Shown here piece after piece: positions 12,123 through 21,125 of a stretch of 64,000 nucleotides of DNA. Source of the DNA: an uncultured Alphaproteobacteria bacterium (GTDB lineage Bacteria; Pseudomonadota; Alphaproteobacteria; Micropepsales; Micropepsaceae); the NCBI GenBank assembly GCA_963822275.1, contig CAWGHR010000033.1, forward strand, positions 25,279 through 89,278. Reading direction: 5' to 3'. How positions within the stretch are numbered: the first letter of the stretch is position 1; every line of letters begins with the position of its first letter. The notes below the pieces were generated by a model. It had not been told where the DNA came from. It made no database searches and worked only from the letters and a program-made list of their open reading frames with translations. The position numbers and the translations under genes are program-made.

Positions 12123-13087
12123 GCCGCCACCGCCCGCGCTTTTGCGGATGCCTTGGCGAGCCAAATTTTCACGATCAGTTTTTCCTTTGATGGGGTTTGA
12201 GGGGCGATGGCCTCGCCGGCCAGCGTTTGCAAATTTGCGGCCTGGAACCAGCCTTGTACTTCCTTATCGGAGAACCCAAGGCGGCGATGGGCGAAATCTT
12301 CTCGAAGAAATTCCAGCTCGTGGGGCGCAAAATCGGCGATCAGCAGCCTGCCCCCGGCACGCAACACGCGGGACGCCTCTAAGACGGCCGCGCCCGGATC
12401 GTCGAGATAATGCAAAACCTGATGGACAACCACCGCGTCGAAGCCGCTCAGCGCGCCGCCAGCGGGAAACGGCAGGCGGTAGGTATCGCCAAGCCGGACC
12501 TGACAATGGGCCAAATTCGCGCGCATCAACCGGTCCCGTGCTATCGCCAACATTTCGGGACTGACGTCGACGCCGACACCGCGCTTCACATGCGGCGCCA
12601 GAAGTTCGAGCATGCGGCCGGTTCCCGTCCCCGCATCCAACAGATGCTCGATAGGTGTCGCCGCCAAATGGCGGATGATGGCGTTTTCGACATCCTTTTC
12701 CGGCGCGTGGAGCGCGCGGATGCGCCCCCATTCCGAGGCGTTGGCTTTGAAATAAGCGGCCGCTTCGGCGGCCCGCGCTTCGCGTACGGCCGCCAATCGG
12801 GTCAGATCGGTTTGGTGGGGACCCGCCGCAAGCTGGGAAAGGGTGGCGCCCAATGCCGCACCCTGCCCTTCGTCGGTGGCGCGATAGAAGACCCAGCTTC
12901 CTTCTTTGAACCGCTCAATCAGGCCGGCACCGCATAGCAGTTTGAGATGGCGGGACACACGCGGCTGGCTCTGGCCCACGATCACGATAAGCTCGCTGAC
13001 CGTCAATTCGGCCTGGCGCAACAACAGGAGCAGGCGCAAGCGCGTGGGATCGCCGGCGGCGCGCAACATGGCGACAAGCTGCTCCAT
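12119..13087 (-). CDS. sahR: ArsR-HTH plus SAM-binding methyltransferase-domain regulator (SahR type)
   Basis: N-terminal DPTRLRLL...SQPRVSRHLKLL (ArsR). C-terminal LLDAGTGTG, HQVLHYLDDP. First gene of the metF-metH operon. Confidence 0.85.
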   Translation of the reverse strand: MEQLVAMLRAAGDPTRLRLLLLLRQAELTVSELIVIVGQSQPRVSRHLKLLCGAGLIERFKEGSWVFYRATDEGQGAALGATLSQLAAGPHQTDLTRLAAVREARAAEAAAYFKANASEWGRIRALHAPEKDVENAIIRHLAATPIEHLLDAGTGTGRMLELLAPHVKRGVGVDVSPEMLAIARDRLMRANLAHCQVRLGDTYRLPFPAGGALSGFDAVVVHQVLHYLDDPGAAVLEASRVLRAGGRLLIADFAPHELEFLREDFAHRRLGFSDKEVQGWFQAANLQTLAGEAIAPQTPSKEKLIVKIWLAKASAKARAVAA

Positions 13088-13109
13088 GGCCTTTGCTCCT
13101 TTCTAGATA

Positions 13110-13131
13110 CATATAAACATATCTTTATATG
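13110..13131. promoter_or_regulatory. SahR operator palindrome
   Basis: CATATAAACATATCTTTATATG, a near-perfect 22-bp inverted repeat 23 bp upstream of the sahR start. Confidence 0.8.
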
Positions 13132-13243
13132 ATTTAGCAAACCTTGAAGGTGACGGCGACCCGCAAAAGGAGTTAAGAAGTGCGGACAGGGGAATGCCTC
13201 ATTTTTAGACGTTGCTTGGAAGCAACTGGGGCATAGGGGGACA

Positions 13244-13964
13244 ATGCGCAAATTCTTGAAATTCGCGGCAATTTTCGCCGCTTTGGGCCTATCGGCCTGC
13301 GCCTCCGCTCAAAGCGGAGCCGAGGCGATCTCAACAACGATCCCAACGAGGCGATGAACCGAAAAATATTCGAATTCGATCAGAAATTGGATAGCTGGAC
13401 TCTAAGACCGACAGCGGTGGCCTATTCGAAATATGTTCCCGACGCCAATCCGCGAAGGGGCACATAACCTCTTGGCAAACCTGGATCTTCCAAAAACCTT
13501 TGCCAATGATCTGCTGCAGGCCGAGCCGCGACGTGCCGCTCAAACAGTCGCCCGCTTTACGATCAATTCCACTTTGGGGGTCGCGGGGGCGTTCGACGTC
13601 GCGTCGGGTTTTGGCGTCCCAGCACATACGGAGGATTTCGGCCAAACGCTGGCAGTTTGGGGCGTCGGAGAAGGGAGCTATTTGGTGTTGCCCTTGTTCG
13701 GTCCTGACCCGCCGCGCGACGTTTTCGGCCAAGGCTGTGGATTTTCTGTTTGATCCCACTGTCTACATTCATATGAGACAACATCTCTGGTGGGTGATGG
13801 GCCGCGAATACGCCACGTTTGTGGATGTTCGCGCGCGCAACATGGAAACACTCGAAGATATCGAGCGCAATTCGCTGGATTATTATGCGACGACCCGCAG
13901 CCTGTACCGGCAATACCGGGCCAGCGAAATCCGCAATGGCGCGGTGGCACCGCCGGCGCCATAA
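13244..13964 (+). CDS. mlaA: MlaA/VacJ lipoprotein (frameshifted)
   Basis: Lipobox LGLSAC; ARFTINSTLGVAG.FDVA, EDFGQTLAVWGVGEGSYLVLPLFGP; SLDYYA.TRSLY.QYR in a shifted frame. Confidence 0.82.
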
Positions 13965-14047
13965 GATTTCTTTACGGCCGCCACGAACTTGCCATAGGGC
14001 CAGCGGACCATTACCTGTGGAGCGGCAGGAGTCGGGGTTTTCATCCA

Positions 14048-14707
14048 ATGCACGGTTTTTTCATAAGACACAATCTCGTGGCGGCGCTTCGCCCGCTACG
14101 GTTGGTTTTCGTGGTTTTCGTTCTGGCAGCGGGGTTGGCGAACGTTTCCGCGCCGGCGATAGCGGCGACGCCCGCCGAACAATTCATCAGCGACAATGTG
14201 CAGCGAGGATTGACGATCCTAAACAACAAATCGTTGTCGAAGGAACAGCGCCGCTCGCAGTTTCAGGATTTCCTGATCGGCCTCACCGACATCAAGGCGA
14301 TCGCCGAATACACGCTGGGCCAATACCGGCGCACCGCGACACCCGCCCAGATCGCGGCGTTTGACGAAGCGTTCAAGCACTATGCCCTCGCCGTCTATCA
14401 GACCTATTTCAATAAGTTCTCGGGCCAGACATTGCAGATTACCGGCTCTTATCCTTTGGCGTCGGATGAAACCGTGGTCAAAACGATCATGATCGACCCG
14501 GCGAAAAGCAATGACCCCAATCCGCTGCAAGTGAATTTCCGGGTCTCGACCGCTGGCGGCCGGACGGCCGTGGTCGATTTCTCGGTGGCCGGGGTATGGC
14601 TGCGCGAAACGGAGCGTAGCGATTTCACCTCCGTGCTCGGTCAGAAGAACGGAGACGTCAGCGCTTTGAGCGCGATCCTGGAGACCAAAGCGCAGCAGCA
14701 GCGATAG
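14048..14707 (+). CDS. mlaC: MlaC/Ttg2D phospholipid-binding periplasmic protein
   Basis: Signal peptide; IAEYTLGQYRR.AT, VVDFSVAGVWL..TERSDF. Follows mlaA. Confidence 0.82.
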   Translation: MHGFFIRHNLVAALRPLRLVFVVFVLAAGLANVSAPAIAATPAEQFISDNVQRGLTILNNKSLSKEQRRSQFQDFLIGLTDIKAIAEYTLGQYRRTATPAQIAAFDEAFKHYALAVYQTYFNKFSGQTLQITGSYPLASDETVVKTIMIDPAKSNDPNPLQVNFRVSTAGGRTAVVDFSVAGVWLRETERSDFTSVLGQKNGDVSALSAILETKAQQQR

Positions 14708-14710
14708 GCG

Positions 14711-16366
14711 CTACCGCGCAAACCGCTTGTATTTGATTTTGTGGGGCTGGTCGGCGTCGATGCCGAGCCGGCGTTTTTTGTCGGCTTCGTAGTCCTGGAA
14801 ATTGCCTTCGAACCATTCGACATGGCTGTCGCCTTCGAAGGCCAGCATGTGCGTGGCGATGCGGTCGAGGAACCAACGGTCATGGCTGATGATCATGGCG
14901 CAACCGGCAAATTCTTCCAGCGCCATTTCCAAGGCGCGCAAGGTTTCCACATCGAGATCGTTGGTCGGTTCGTCGAGCAGCAGCAAGTTCGCGCCCGACT
15001 TCAGCATCTTGGCGAGATGAACGCGATTGCGCTCGCCGCCCGATAATTGACCGACCTTCTTCTGCTGGTCGCCGCCTTTGAAGTTAAAAGCACCCACATA
15101 AGCACGACTTTGCACTTTGTTTTTGCCGAGCTCCAGCACATCGGTGCCGCCGGAGATCTCTTCCCACACGTTCTTGTTCGGATCGAGTGTGTCGCGCGAC
15201 TGGTCGACATAGCCGATATGCACTGTGTCCCCGATGCGCAGCGTGCCCGCATCCGGTTTTTCTTGGCCGGTGAGCAGCTTGAACAAAGTCGTCTTGCCGG
15301 CGCCGTTCGGGCCGATCACGCCCACGATGCCACCGGGCGGCAGATTGAAATTTACGTTCTCGAAGAGCAGCCGATCGCCATAGGCTTTCGCCAGTCCCTC
15401 GCTTTCGACGACTAGCGAACCCAGGCGTTCCGCCACGGGGATCACGATCTGTGCCGGTCCGCTGCGCAACTCCTGCGACTTCGCCAGCAACTCTTCATAG
15501 GAGTTGATGCGTGCCTTGGACTTTGCTTGGCGGGCGCGAGGTGATTGCGAAATCCATTCGCGTTCGCGCGCAATGGTGCGCTCGCGCGATGCTTCCTCGC
15601 TGCTTTCTTGCCGCAGACGTTTTTCCTGCACGACGAGGAAGGAAGAATAGTTGCCTTCATGGGGGATACCGCGGCCGCGGTCGAGTTCCAGAATCCAGCC
15701 CGTGACATTGTCGAGGAAATAGCGGTCATGGGTGACGAGGATCACACAGCCTTTGTATTCGCGCAGCGTGTGTTCGAGCCAGCCGACCGATTCCGCATCC
15801 AAATGGTTGGTTGGCTCGTCGAGCAACAGGATATCGGGTGCGTCGAGCAACAGCCGGCATAAAGCCACGCGGCGCTTCTCGCCGCCCGATAGCGTGCTGA
15901 CATCGGCATCGCCGTCCGGGCAGCGCAGCGCGTCCATCGCTTGATCGATTTGACTATCGAGATCCCATAACCCTTTGGCTTCGATCTCATCTTGCAGCGC
16001 GGCCATTTCGTCGGCAACCTCGTCGCTGTAATTCGCCGAGATTTCATTGAAGCGGTCGATCAACGCCTTCTTGGCCGCAACCCCTTCCATGACGTTGCCG
16101 CGCACGTCTTTGGAGGGATCGAGTTGCGGTTCCTGCGGCAGATAGCCGGTGCGCACACCGTCGGCTGCCCACGCCTCGCCGGTAAATTCCTTGTCGAGGC
16201 CGGCCATGATGCGCATCAGCGTGGACTTTCCCGAACCGTTGACGCCGACGATGCCGATCTTCGCACCGGGATAGAACGACAACCAAATGTCTTTGAGGAC
16301 GGGGCGACCACCCGGATATGTCTTCGACATTTCCTTCATGAAGAAAACGAATTGCGGGCCGGCCAT
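14711..16366 (-). CDS. ettA: Energy-dependent translational throttle ABC-F protein
   Basis: LSFYPGAKIG..GVNGSGKST, two ABC domains, PRARQAKSKAR linker, HMLAFEGDSHVEWFEGNF..YE. Confidence 0.97.
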   Translation of the reverse strand: MAGPQFVFFMKEMSKTYPGGRPVLKDIWLSFYPGAKIGIVGVNGSGKSTLMRIMAGLDKEFTGEAWAADGVRTGYLPQEPQLDPSKDVRGNVMEGVAAKKALIDRFNEISANYSDEVADEMAALQDEIEAKGLWDLDSQIDQAMDALRCPDGDADVSTLSGGEKRRVALCRLLLDAPDILLLDEPTNHLDAESVGWLEHTLREYKGCVILVTHDRYFLDNVTGWILELDRGRGIPHEGNYSSFLVVQEKRLRQESSEEASRERTIAREREWISQSPRARQAKSKARINSYEELLAKSQELRSGPAQIVIPVAERLGSLVVESEGLAKAYGDRLLFENVNFNLPPGGIVGVIGPNGAGKTTLFKLLTGQEKPDAGTLRIGDTVHIGYVDQSRDTLDPNKNVWEEISGGTDVLELGKNKVQSRAYVGAFNFKGGDQQKKVGQLSGGERNRVHLAKMLKSGANLLLLDEPTNDLDVETLRALEMALEEFAGCAMIISHDRWFLDRIATHMLAFEGDSHVEWFEGNFQDYEADKKRRLGIDADQPHKIKYKRFAR

Positions 16367-16415
16367 GGTCGGTTCCTTTGCGGGAAGCATTTGGGGTGTG
16401 CGGGTTTTAGATTGC

Positions 16416-16441
16416 TGGATGGCGGGGTCAAGCCCAGCCAC
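16416..16441. repeat. Single degenerate REP-like palindrome
   Basis: TGGATGGCGGGGTCAAGCCCAGCCAC resembles the common alphaproteobacterial GGATGGCCGGGTCAAGCCCGGCCAT intergenic repeat. Confidence 0.5.
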
Positions 16442-16447
16442 ACTATG

Positions 16448-17566
16448 CTAGAATTTGATCTTCGCTCGGCTCAGTACCGTCATGGCATTGTTGCCGTTTT
16501 GGCCGCCAAAATTCATCTGATACGAGGCGTTGGTCTGCAGGGCGATGGAGCCGCCGTCCAGGAAAGAGGTCACATAACCCAATTCGATGTCGGTTTCTGG
16601 AGCGGCACCGGCAAACAACTTATCGTGGCCGAAAAACTGTAGATCGTTCGAGTTTCCCGAAGTGAACGATCCTGTGTCGTAGGACGGCGCCGGCCGCGAC
16701 AGTGCCACGCCAAGCGCGTCATTGCCGAACAGGCCATGCTTGGCAACCGCGATACCATAGGCCTGAGCGTGAAGACTGGTCTCGGCGCCGTTCGCCCCGG
16801 GCTTTAGGTCGAGTTGCGTGGAGGATTCGCTATAGGATGCGGTCGTCACCCAGCCGCCGCCGAAGCCAACATGCGCTGTAAGACCCAAGGCGGAGGTGCG
16901 CGCCGTGTCGATCGACGAATTGTTGGTGCCCAATGCGCCGTCATGTTCCGATGTCTGCGACGCGGTAAAGCCCAAACCGCCCCATTTTGCGAAATTCCAA
17001 GACAATCCGGCAATCAACGCATTGGTGTGCCGTGTATCGTAAGGCAATCCGGCGCCGCCAAGTCCGGCGACCGCCAAGCGCGGACTCACCAAATACGGAT
17101 TCAAGCCGGGCTCACGCGAGGCCAGTCCAAAATGGAAATGCAAATCGTCCGCCAACGACACGGTGGTCCCGATCAGCGAGCCACCACTTGCCAATGAGGC
17201 AAAAGGCGAATTCAACGCCGACGCCGAATAGAACAGCCCGTCATAGGCACCGGCAGTCGGCGCATAACGATCAAGCACGCGTGCAATGTCGACATTGAAA
17301 CCGGTGTCGATGCCGACACCGTCGAACAACAGAATTTCGCTGAAGACTTCGTTGGTCGCGTAACGCGATAAATCTTGCGGCCCTGTCGAAAGCGCTGGCA
17401 TCAGAACGGGCAAATCGAGCGAAAAGGACGAACCGGCCAAGCGTGCGGGTGGCGCAGTGATAGCGCTATCAGTCCCGGACGCCAACGCACGCGACGACGA
17501 GGCAGCCGCCAGAATGGCGACGATGCCCGCGGCGATTATCAGCGCACGGTTGAATGGGCCCCTCAT
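16448..17566 (-). CDS. Hypothetical outer-membrane beta-barrel protein
   Basis: Signal peptide, Gly/Ser/Thr/aromatic-rich alternating strands, C-terminal AKIKF (BAM-type terminal Phe). Confidence 0.7.
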   Translation of the reverse strand: MRGPFNRALIIAAGIVAILAAASSSRALASGTDSAITAPPARLAGSSFSLDLPVLMPALSTGPQDLSRYATNEVFSEILLFDGVGIDTGFNVDIARVLDRYAPTAGAYDGLFYSASALNSPFASLASGGSLIGTTVSLADDLHFHFGLASREPGLNPYLVSPRLAVAGLGGAGLPYDTRHTNALIAGLSWNFAKWGGLGFTASQTSEHDGALGTNNSSIDTARTSALGLTAHVGFGGGWVTTASYSESSTQLDLKPGANGAETSLHAQAYGIAVAKHGLFGNDALGVALSRPAPSYDTGSFTSGNSNDLQFFGHDKLFAGAAPETDIELGYVTSFLDGGSIALQTNASYQMNFGGQNGNNAMTVLSRAKIKF

Positions 17567-17898
17567 GACACGCGGTTGCTCTAGTTGCATCCCAAAACCT
17601 AAGTGAATTTATCAGAGAGCAGTTAGAAAATTCAAGGATTCCATGGGGTTTTGCGTGACATCGCAGCAACATTTGGACACACAAATCGAGCAGGCCTAAC
17701 ACAACTCTAACTCCCAAATTTGATCGGAAGGAGCCACATCCTGTGGCCTCCGGCCTGATAACCTCATCCTATTGTTCCACAATTGGGTTGAGTGGCAGAC
17801 TTGCCTGTAACGTGGCAGTCCTAGGAGCGAGAATTTCCAGGAAGAACATCCTACAGGGCTGTATCTTGTCTCCTATCCTAGTACATCTAGACGCCGCG

Positions 17899-18561
17899 AT
17901 GACCCCACCCTTTAAAGCTTCGATTCTCCCAGTCACGCCCTACCAGCAGAACTGTTCGATCGTTTGGTGCACCTCAACAGGAAAGGGTGTTGCCATCGAC
18001 CCAGGCGGGGAGGTCGCGCGCCTGAAGGAGATCGTTTCCGCCAACGGCATCACGCTTGAAAAAATTTGGCTCACCCATGGCCATCTCGATCACGCTTCAG
18101 GCGCCGCCAAATTGTCGCGGGAGACGGGCACGCCGATAGAAGGTCCGCATACAGACGATATATTCTTGCTGCAGGCTCTAGGCGAGAATACGCGCCGGCC
18201 CGGCTTTGCCGATGCCGAGCCCTGCGTCCCTACCCGTTTTCTCGTTGACGGAGATACCGTCACGTTCGGCGAAGTAAAATTTAGCGTTCGTCATTGTCCA
18301 GGCCATACGCCGGGCCATGTCGTTTTCTTCCATGACACCGCCAAAATCGCCTTTGTCGGCGATGTTTTGTTCAAGGGTTCCATTGGGCGAACGGATTTTC
18401 CGCGCGGCGACCATGCTCAACTCATACGCTCCATTACCGAGCGGCTATGGCCGCTTGGCGACGACATGCAATTCGTCCCGGGTCATGGGGCCATGTCGAC
18501 CTTCGGCTCGGAGCGCCAAACCAATCCGTTTGTCAGCGATCTGGCCCTTGGCCATACTTAA
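17899..18561 (+). CDS. MBL-fold hydrolase (glyoxalase II-like, GloC/YcbL family)
   Basis: PVTPYQQNCS, THGHLDH, PGHTPGH, GDVLF.GSIGRTDFP. Confidence 0.92.
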   Translation: MTPPFKASILPVTPYQQNCSIVWCTSTGKGVAIDPGGEVARLKEIVSANGITLEKIWLTHGHLDHASGAAKLSRETGTPIEGPHTDDIFLLQALGENTRRPGFADAEPCVPTRFLVDGDTVTFGEVKFSVRHCPGHTPGHVVFFHDTAKIAFVGDVLFKGSIGRTDFPRGDHAQLIRSITERLWPLGDDMQFVPGHGAMSTFGSERQTNPFVSDLALGHT

Positions 18562-18653
18562 GACGGGCAGGGCAGAGCGTTGTCCAGCCCATTTCCTCCG
18601 ACGGGCAATTGGCTCTAAAGTGGCTTGGTCAGCCCCGACCTCAGGAGAATGCC

Positions 18654-20186
18654 GTGTCCGAGAATGCGTCCCAATCTAATGACACCGGTATCATGCGTCT
18701 TCATCCGAGCGATAACGTCGTGGTCGCCGCGCGTGCACTTCCCGCAGGAATGACGATCGCGCGTGAAAATATCACAACACGCGAGGCCATTCCCTTCGGT
18801 CACAAGATTGCGACACGCGCCATCTCTCTCGGCGAGTCGGTGCGCAAATACGGCCAAGTCATCGGGGTCGCCACCAAGGACATTGCCGCGGGCGCCCATG
18901 TGCACGTGCAAAACCTAACAACTTCCGATCTGCGCGAAGAGGCCGGCAAGATTGCCGCCTTCCATGCCGACGGGCAACCGCGCAGTTTCATGGGCTTCAA
19001 GCGCCCCGACGGACGGGTCGGCACACGCAATTACGTTGCCGTTCTCACCAGCGTGAATTGTTCGGCAACGGTTGCCAAGTTCATCGCCGAACAAGCGCAA
19101 AAACGCGGTCTGCTCGAAGCCCATCCCAATGTCGACGGTATTGTACCGATCGTGCATCAAAGCGGTTGCGGCATGGCCTCTCAAGGGGAACTCTATGACC
19201 TTTTGGTCCGTACCCTTTGGGGCACGGCCAACAATCCAAATTTCGCCGCGGTGCTGTTGGTCGGTCTTGGTTGCGAAGTGCCACAAATCGCCCGCATCCA
19301 AAAGGATTACAGCATCAAGGTGGGACCCCATTTCCAATCCTTCACGATTCAAGATGTCGGCGGGACAAAAAAAGCTGTGGAAGAAGGAATTGCAAGGCTC
19401 AAAGACATTCTGCCTGAGGCGGCTCGTGCAACGCGTAGCGAACAACCCGCCAGCGAGATTGTCGTCGGTTTGCAATGCGGCGGCTCGGACGCTTGGTCGG
19501 GTGTCACCGGCAATCCAGCCTTGGGCAATGCGTCAGACAGACTCGTGGCACTGGGCGGAACAGTCATTCTTTCCGAGACACCTGAAATCTACGGCGCCGA
19601 ACATTTGCTTTATGCGCGCGCCGCATCTCCGGAGATCGGCAAAAAGCTCAGGGAGCGCATTGTCTGGTGGGAGAACTATACCCGCCTCAACAATATGGAG
19701 ATGAACAACAACCCCTCGCCGGGCAACAAAGCTGGCGGTTTGACCACCATCCTCGAAAAATCGCTGGGCGCCGTCGCCAAAGCAGGTACCTCACCGCTCA
19801 ACGAAGTGATCGAGTACGCCAAACCGATCTCCAAGCGCGGCTTGGTTTACATGGATAGCCCGGGCCTGGATCCCTGCTCCGCGACCGGCCAAGTGGCATC
19901 CGGGGCCAATTTGATTGCCTTCACCACCGGTCGTGGCTCGGCTTATGGTTGCAAGCCTACGCCCTCCATCAAATTGGCCACCAACACTGCCATGTTTGAA
20001 CGTATGCGCGACGACATGGACATCAATTGTGGCACCATCGCCACGGGCGATCAGTCGATCCCGCAAAAGGGAGCAGAAATCCTGGATTACATGCTAGACG
20101 TCGCCTCTGGCAAAAAGACCAAGAGCGAAGAATTGGGCTACGGCGAGTTGGAATTCGTGCCCTGGCATATCGGCGCAGTGATGTAG
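18654..20186 (+). CDS. uxaA: UxaA-family altronate/galactarate dehydratase (SAF plus GD_AH domain)
   Basis: IPFGHKIA, HVHVQNL, RPDGRVGTRNY, QCGGSDAWSG.TGNPALG, NPSPGNKAGGLTTILEKSLG. Start GTG 18654 (RBS AGGAG) or ATG 18693. Confidence 0.88.
   Translation: MSENASQSNDTGIMRLHPSDNVVVAARALPAGMTIARENITTREAIPFGHKIATRAISLGESVRKYGQVIGVATKDIAAGAHVHVQNLTTSDLREEAGKIAAFHADGQPRSFMGFKRPDGRVGTRNYVAVLTSVNCSATVAKFIAEQAQKRGLLEAHPNVDGIVPIVHQSGCGMASQGELYDLLVRTLWGTANNPNFAAVLLVGLGCEVPQIARIQKDYSIKVGPHFQSFTIQDVGGTKKAVEEGIARLKDILPEAARATRSEQPASEIVVGLQCGGSDAWSGVTGNPALGNASDRLVALGGTVILSETPEIYGAEHLLYARAASPEIGKKLRERIVWWENYTRLNNMEMNNNPSPGNKAGGLTTILEKSLGAVAKAGTSPLNEVIEYAKPISKRGLVYMDSPGLDPCSATGQVASGANLIAFTTGRGSAYGCKPTPSIKLATNTAMFERMRDDMDINCGTIATGDQSIPQKGAEILDYMLDVASGKKTKSEELGYGELEFVPWHIGAVM
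18679..18694. promoter_or_regulatory. LacI-type operator (hexuronate regulon)
   Basis: ATGACACCGGTATCAT, one mismatch from the perfect palindrome at 41785. Confidence 0.75.
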
Positions 20187-20372
20187 GGGCCGCGGGGACC
20201 GGCGCGCGATTAAACATATGTCCCCAGCACCAACCAAACGACGTTGCCCAAAGTCTGACGAGACTCACAATTTGGTCGACTGGCGGCGTAAATGACACAT
20301 GCTGCGAAAGGGATTGGACGGCGCCCCGCGACTCTTTGTAGTCTGCAATGAAAACGCGTGGAGCGTACTGAC

Positions 20373-21092
20373 GTGAAAAAGCGCAATTATTGCGGTGGGG
20401 TTGTATTGTGCCTCTTGCTTTGCGGTTGCGCGGGCGAGGGAAAATCGGATTCTGCTTATGATCCGCTGGAACCCATCAACCGCGAAATCTTCGCTTTCAA
20501 TCACACACTTGACAAGCACGCGGCACTTCCGGCGGCGAGCTACTATAAAAACGCCGTCCCCGGTCCATTGCGCGATGGCGTACACAATTTTCTGTCAAAC
20601 CTCCAATTGCCGGTGACGTTTGCAAACGACGTGCTGCAAGGCCAACCGACGCAAGCGGGCATCTCGGTATGTCGGTTCAGCGTCAACACGACGGTGGGCA
20701 TTCTTGGCGTCCTGGATCCCGCAACCAATATGGGATGTCCGGAACGCGACGAGGATTTCGGTAAGACGCTGGCGGTCTATGGCGTTCCCGGAGGGCCGTA
20801 TTTGGTTCTGCCGTTTTTGGGATCGAGCCTGCCGCGCGATCTGGCAGGCAAGATCTTGGTCGATCATTATTTTAACCCGTTGGGTTATATAACGTATCAC
20901 GGTAAGCTCTATGTCTCGCTGACGGAAAACTTCCTCAACATCGTCGATCAACGATCGCGTCGTATTGACGAGTTGAAGGATGTCGAACGGACGTCAATCG
21001 ACTATTATGCCGCGATGCGCACCCTTTATTTGCACAAGCGGGAAAATGAAATCCGCAATATCGATGGCGGACCTGTTGCGGCCAGTCACTGA
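20373..21092 (+). CDS. MlaA/VacJ family lipoprotein, hopanoid-associated
   Basis: Lipobox LLLCGC, YDPLEPINR.IFAFN, RFSVNTTVGILG, EDFGKTL..YGVP.GPYLVLPFLG. Directly upstream of hpnN. Confidence 0.88.
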   Translation: MKKRNYCGGVVLCLLLCGCAGEGKSDSAYDPLEPINREIFAFNHTLDKHAALPAASYYKNAVPGPLRDGVHNFLSNLQLPVTFANDVLQGQPTQAGISVCRFSVNTTVGILGVLDPATNMGCPERDEDFGKTLAVYGVPGGPYLVLPFLGSSLPRDLAGKILVDHYFNPLGYITYHGKLYVSLTENFLNIVDQRSRRIDELKDVERTSIDYYAAMRTLYLHKRENEIRNIDGGPVAASH

Positions 21093-21125
21093 ATTCCCGG
21101 CACCTCTCACTTCGAAGATAGCGGC

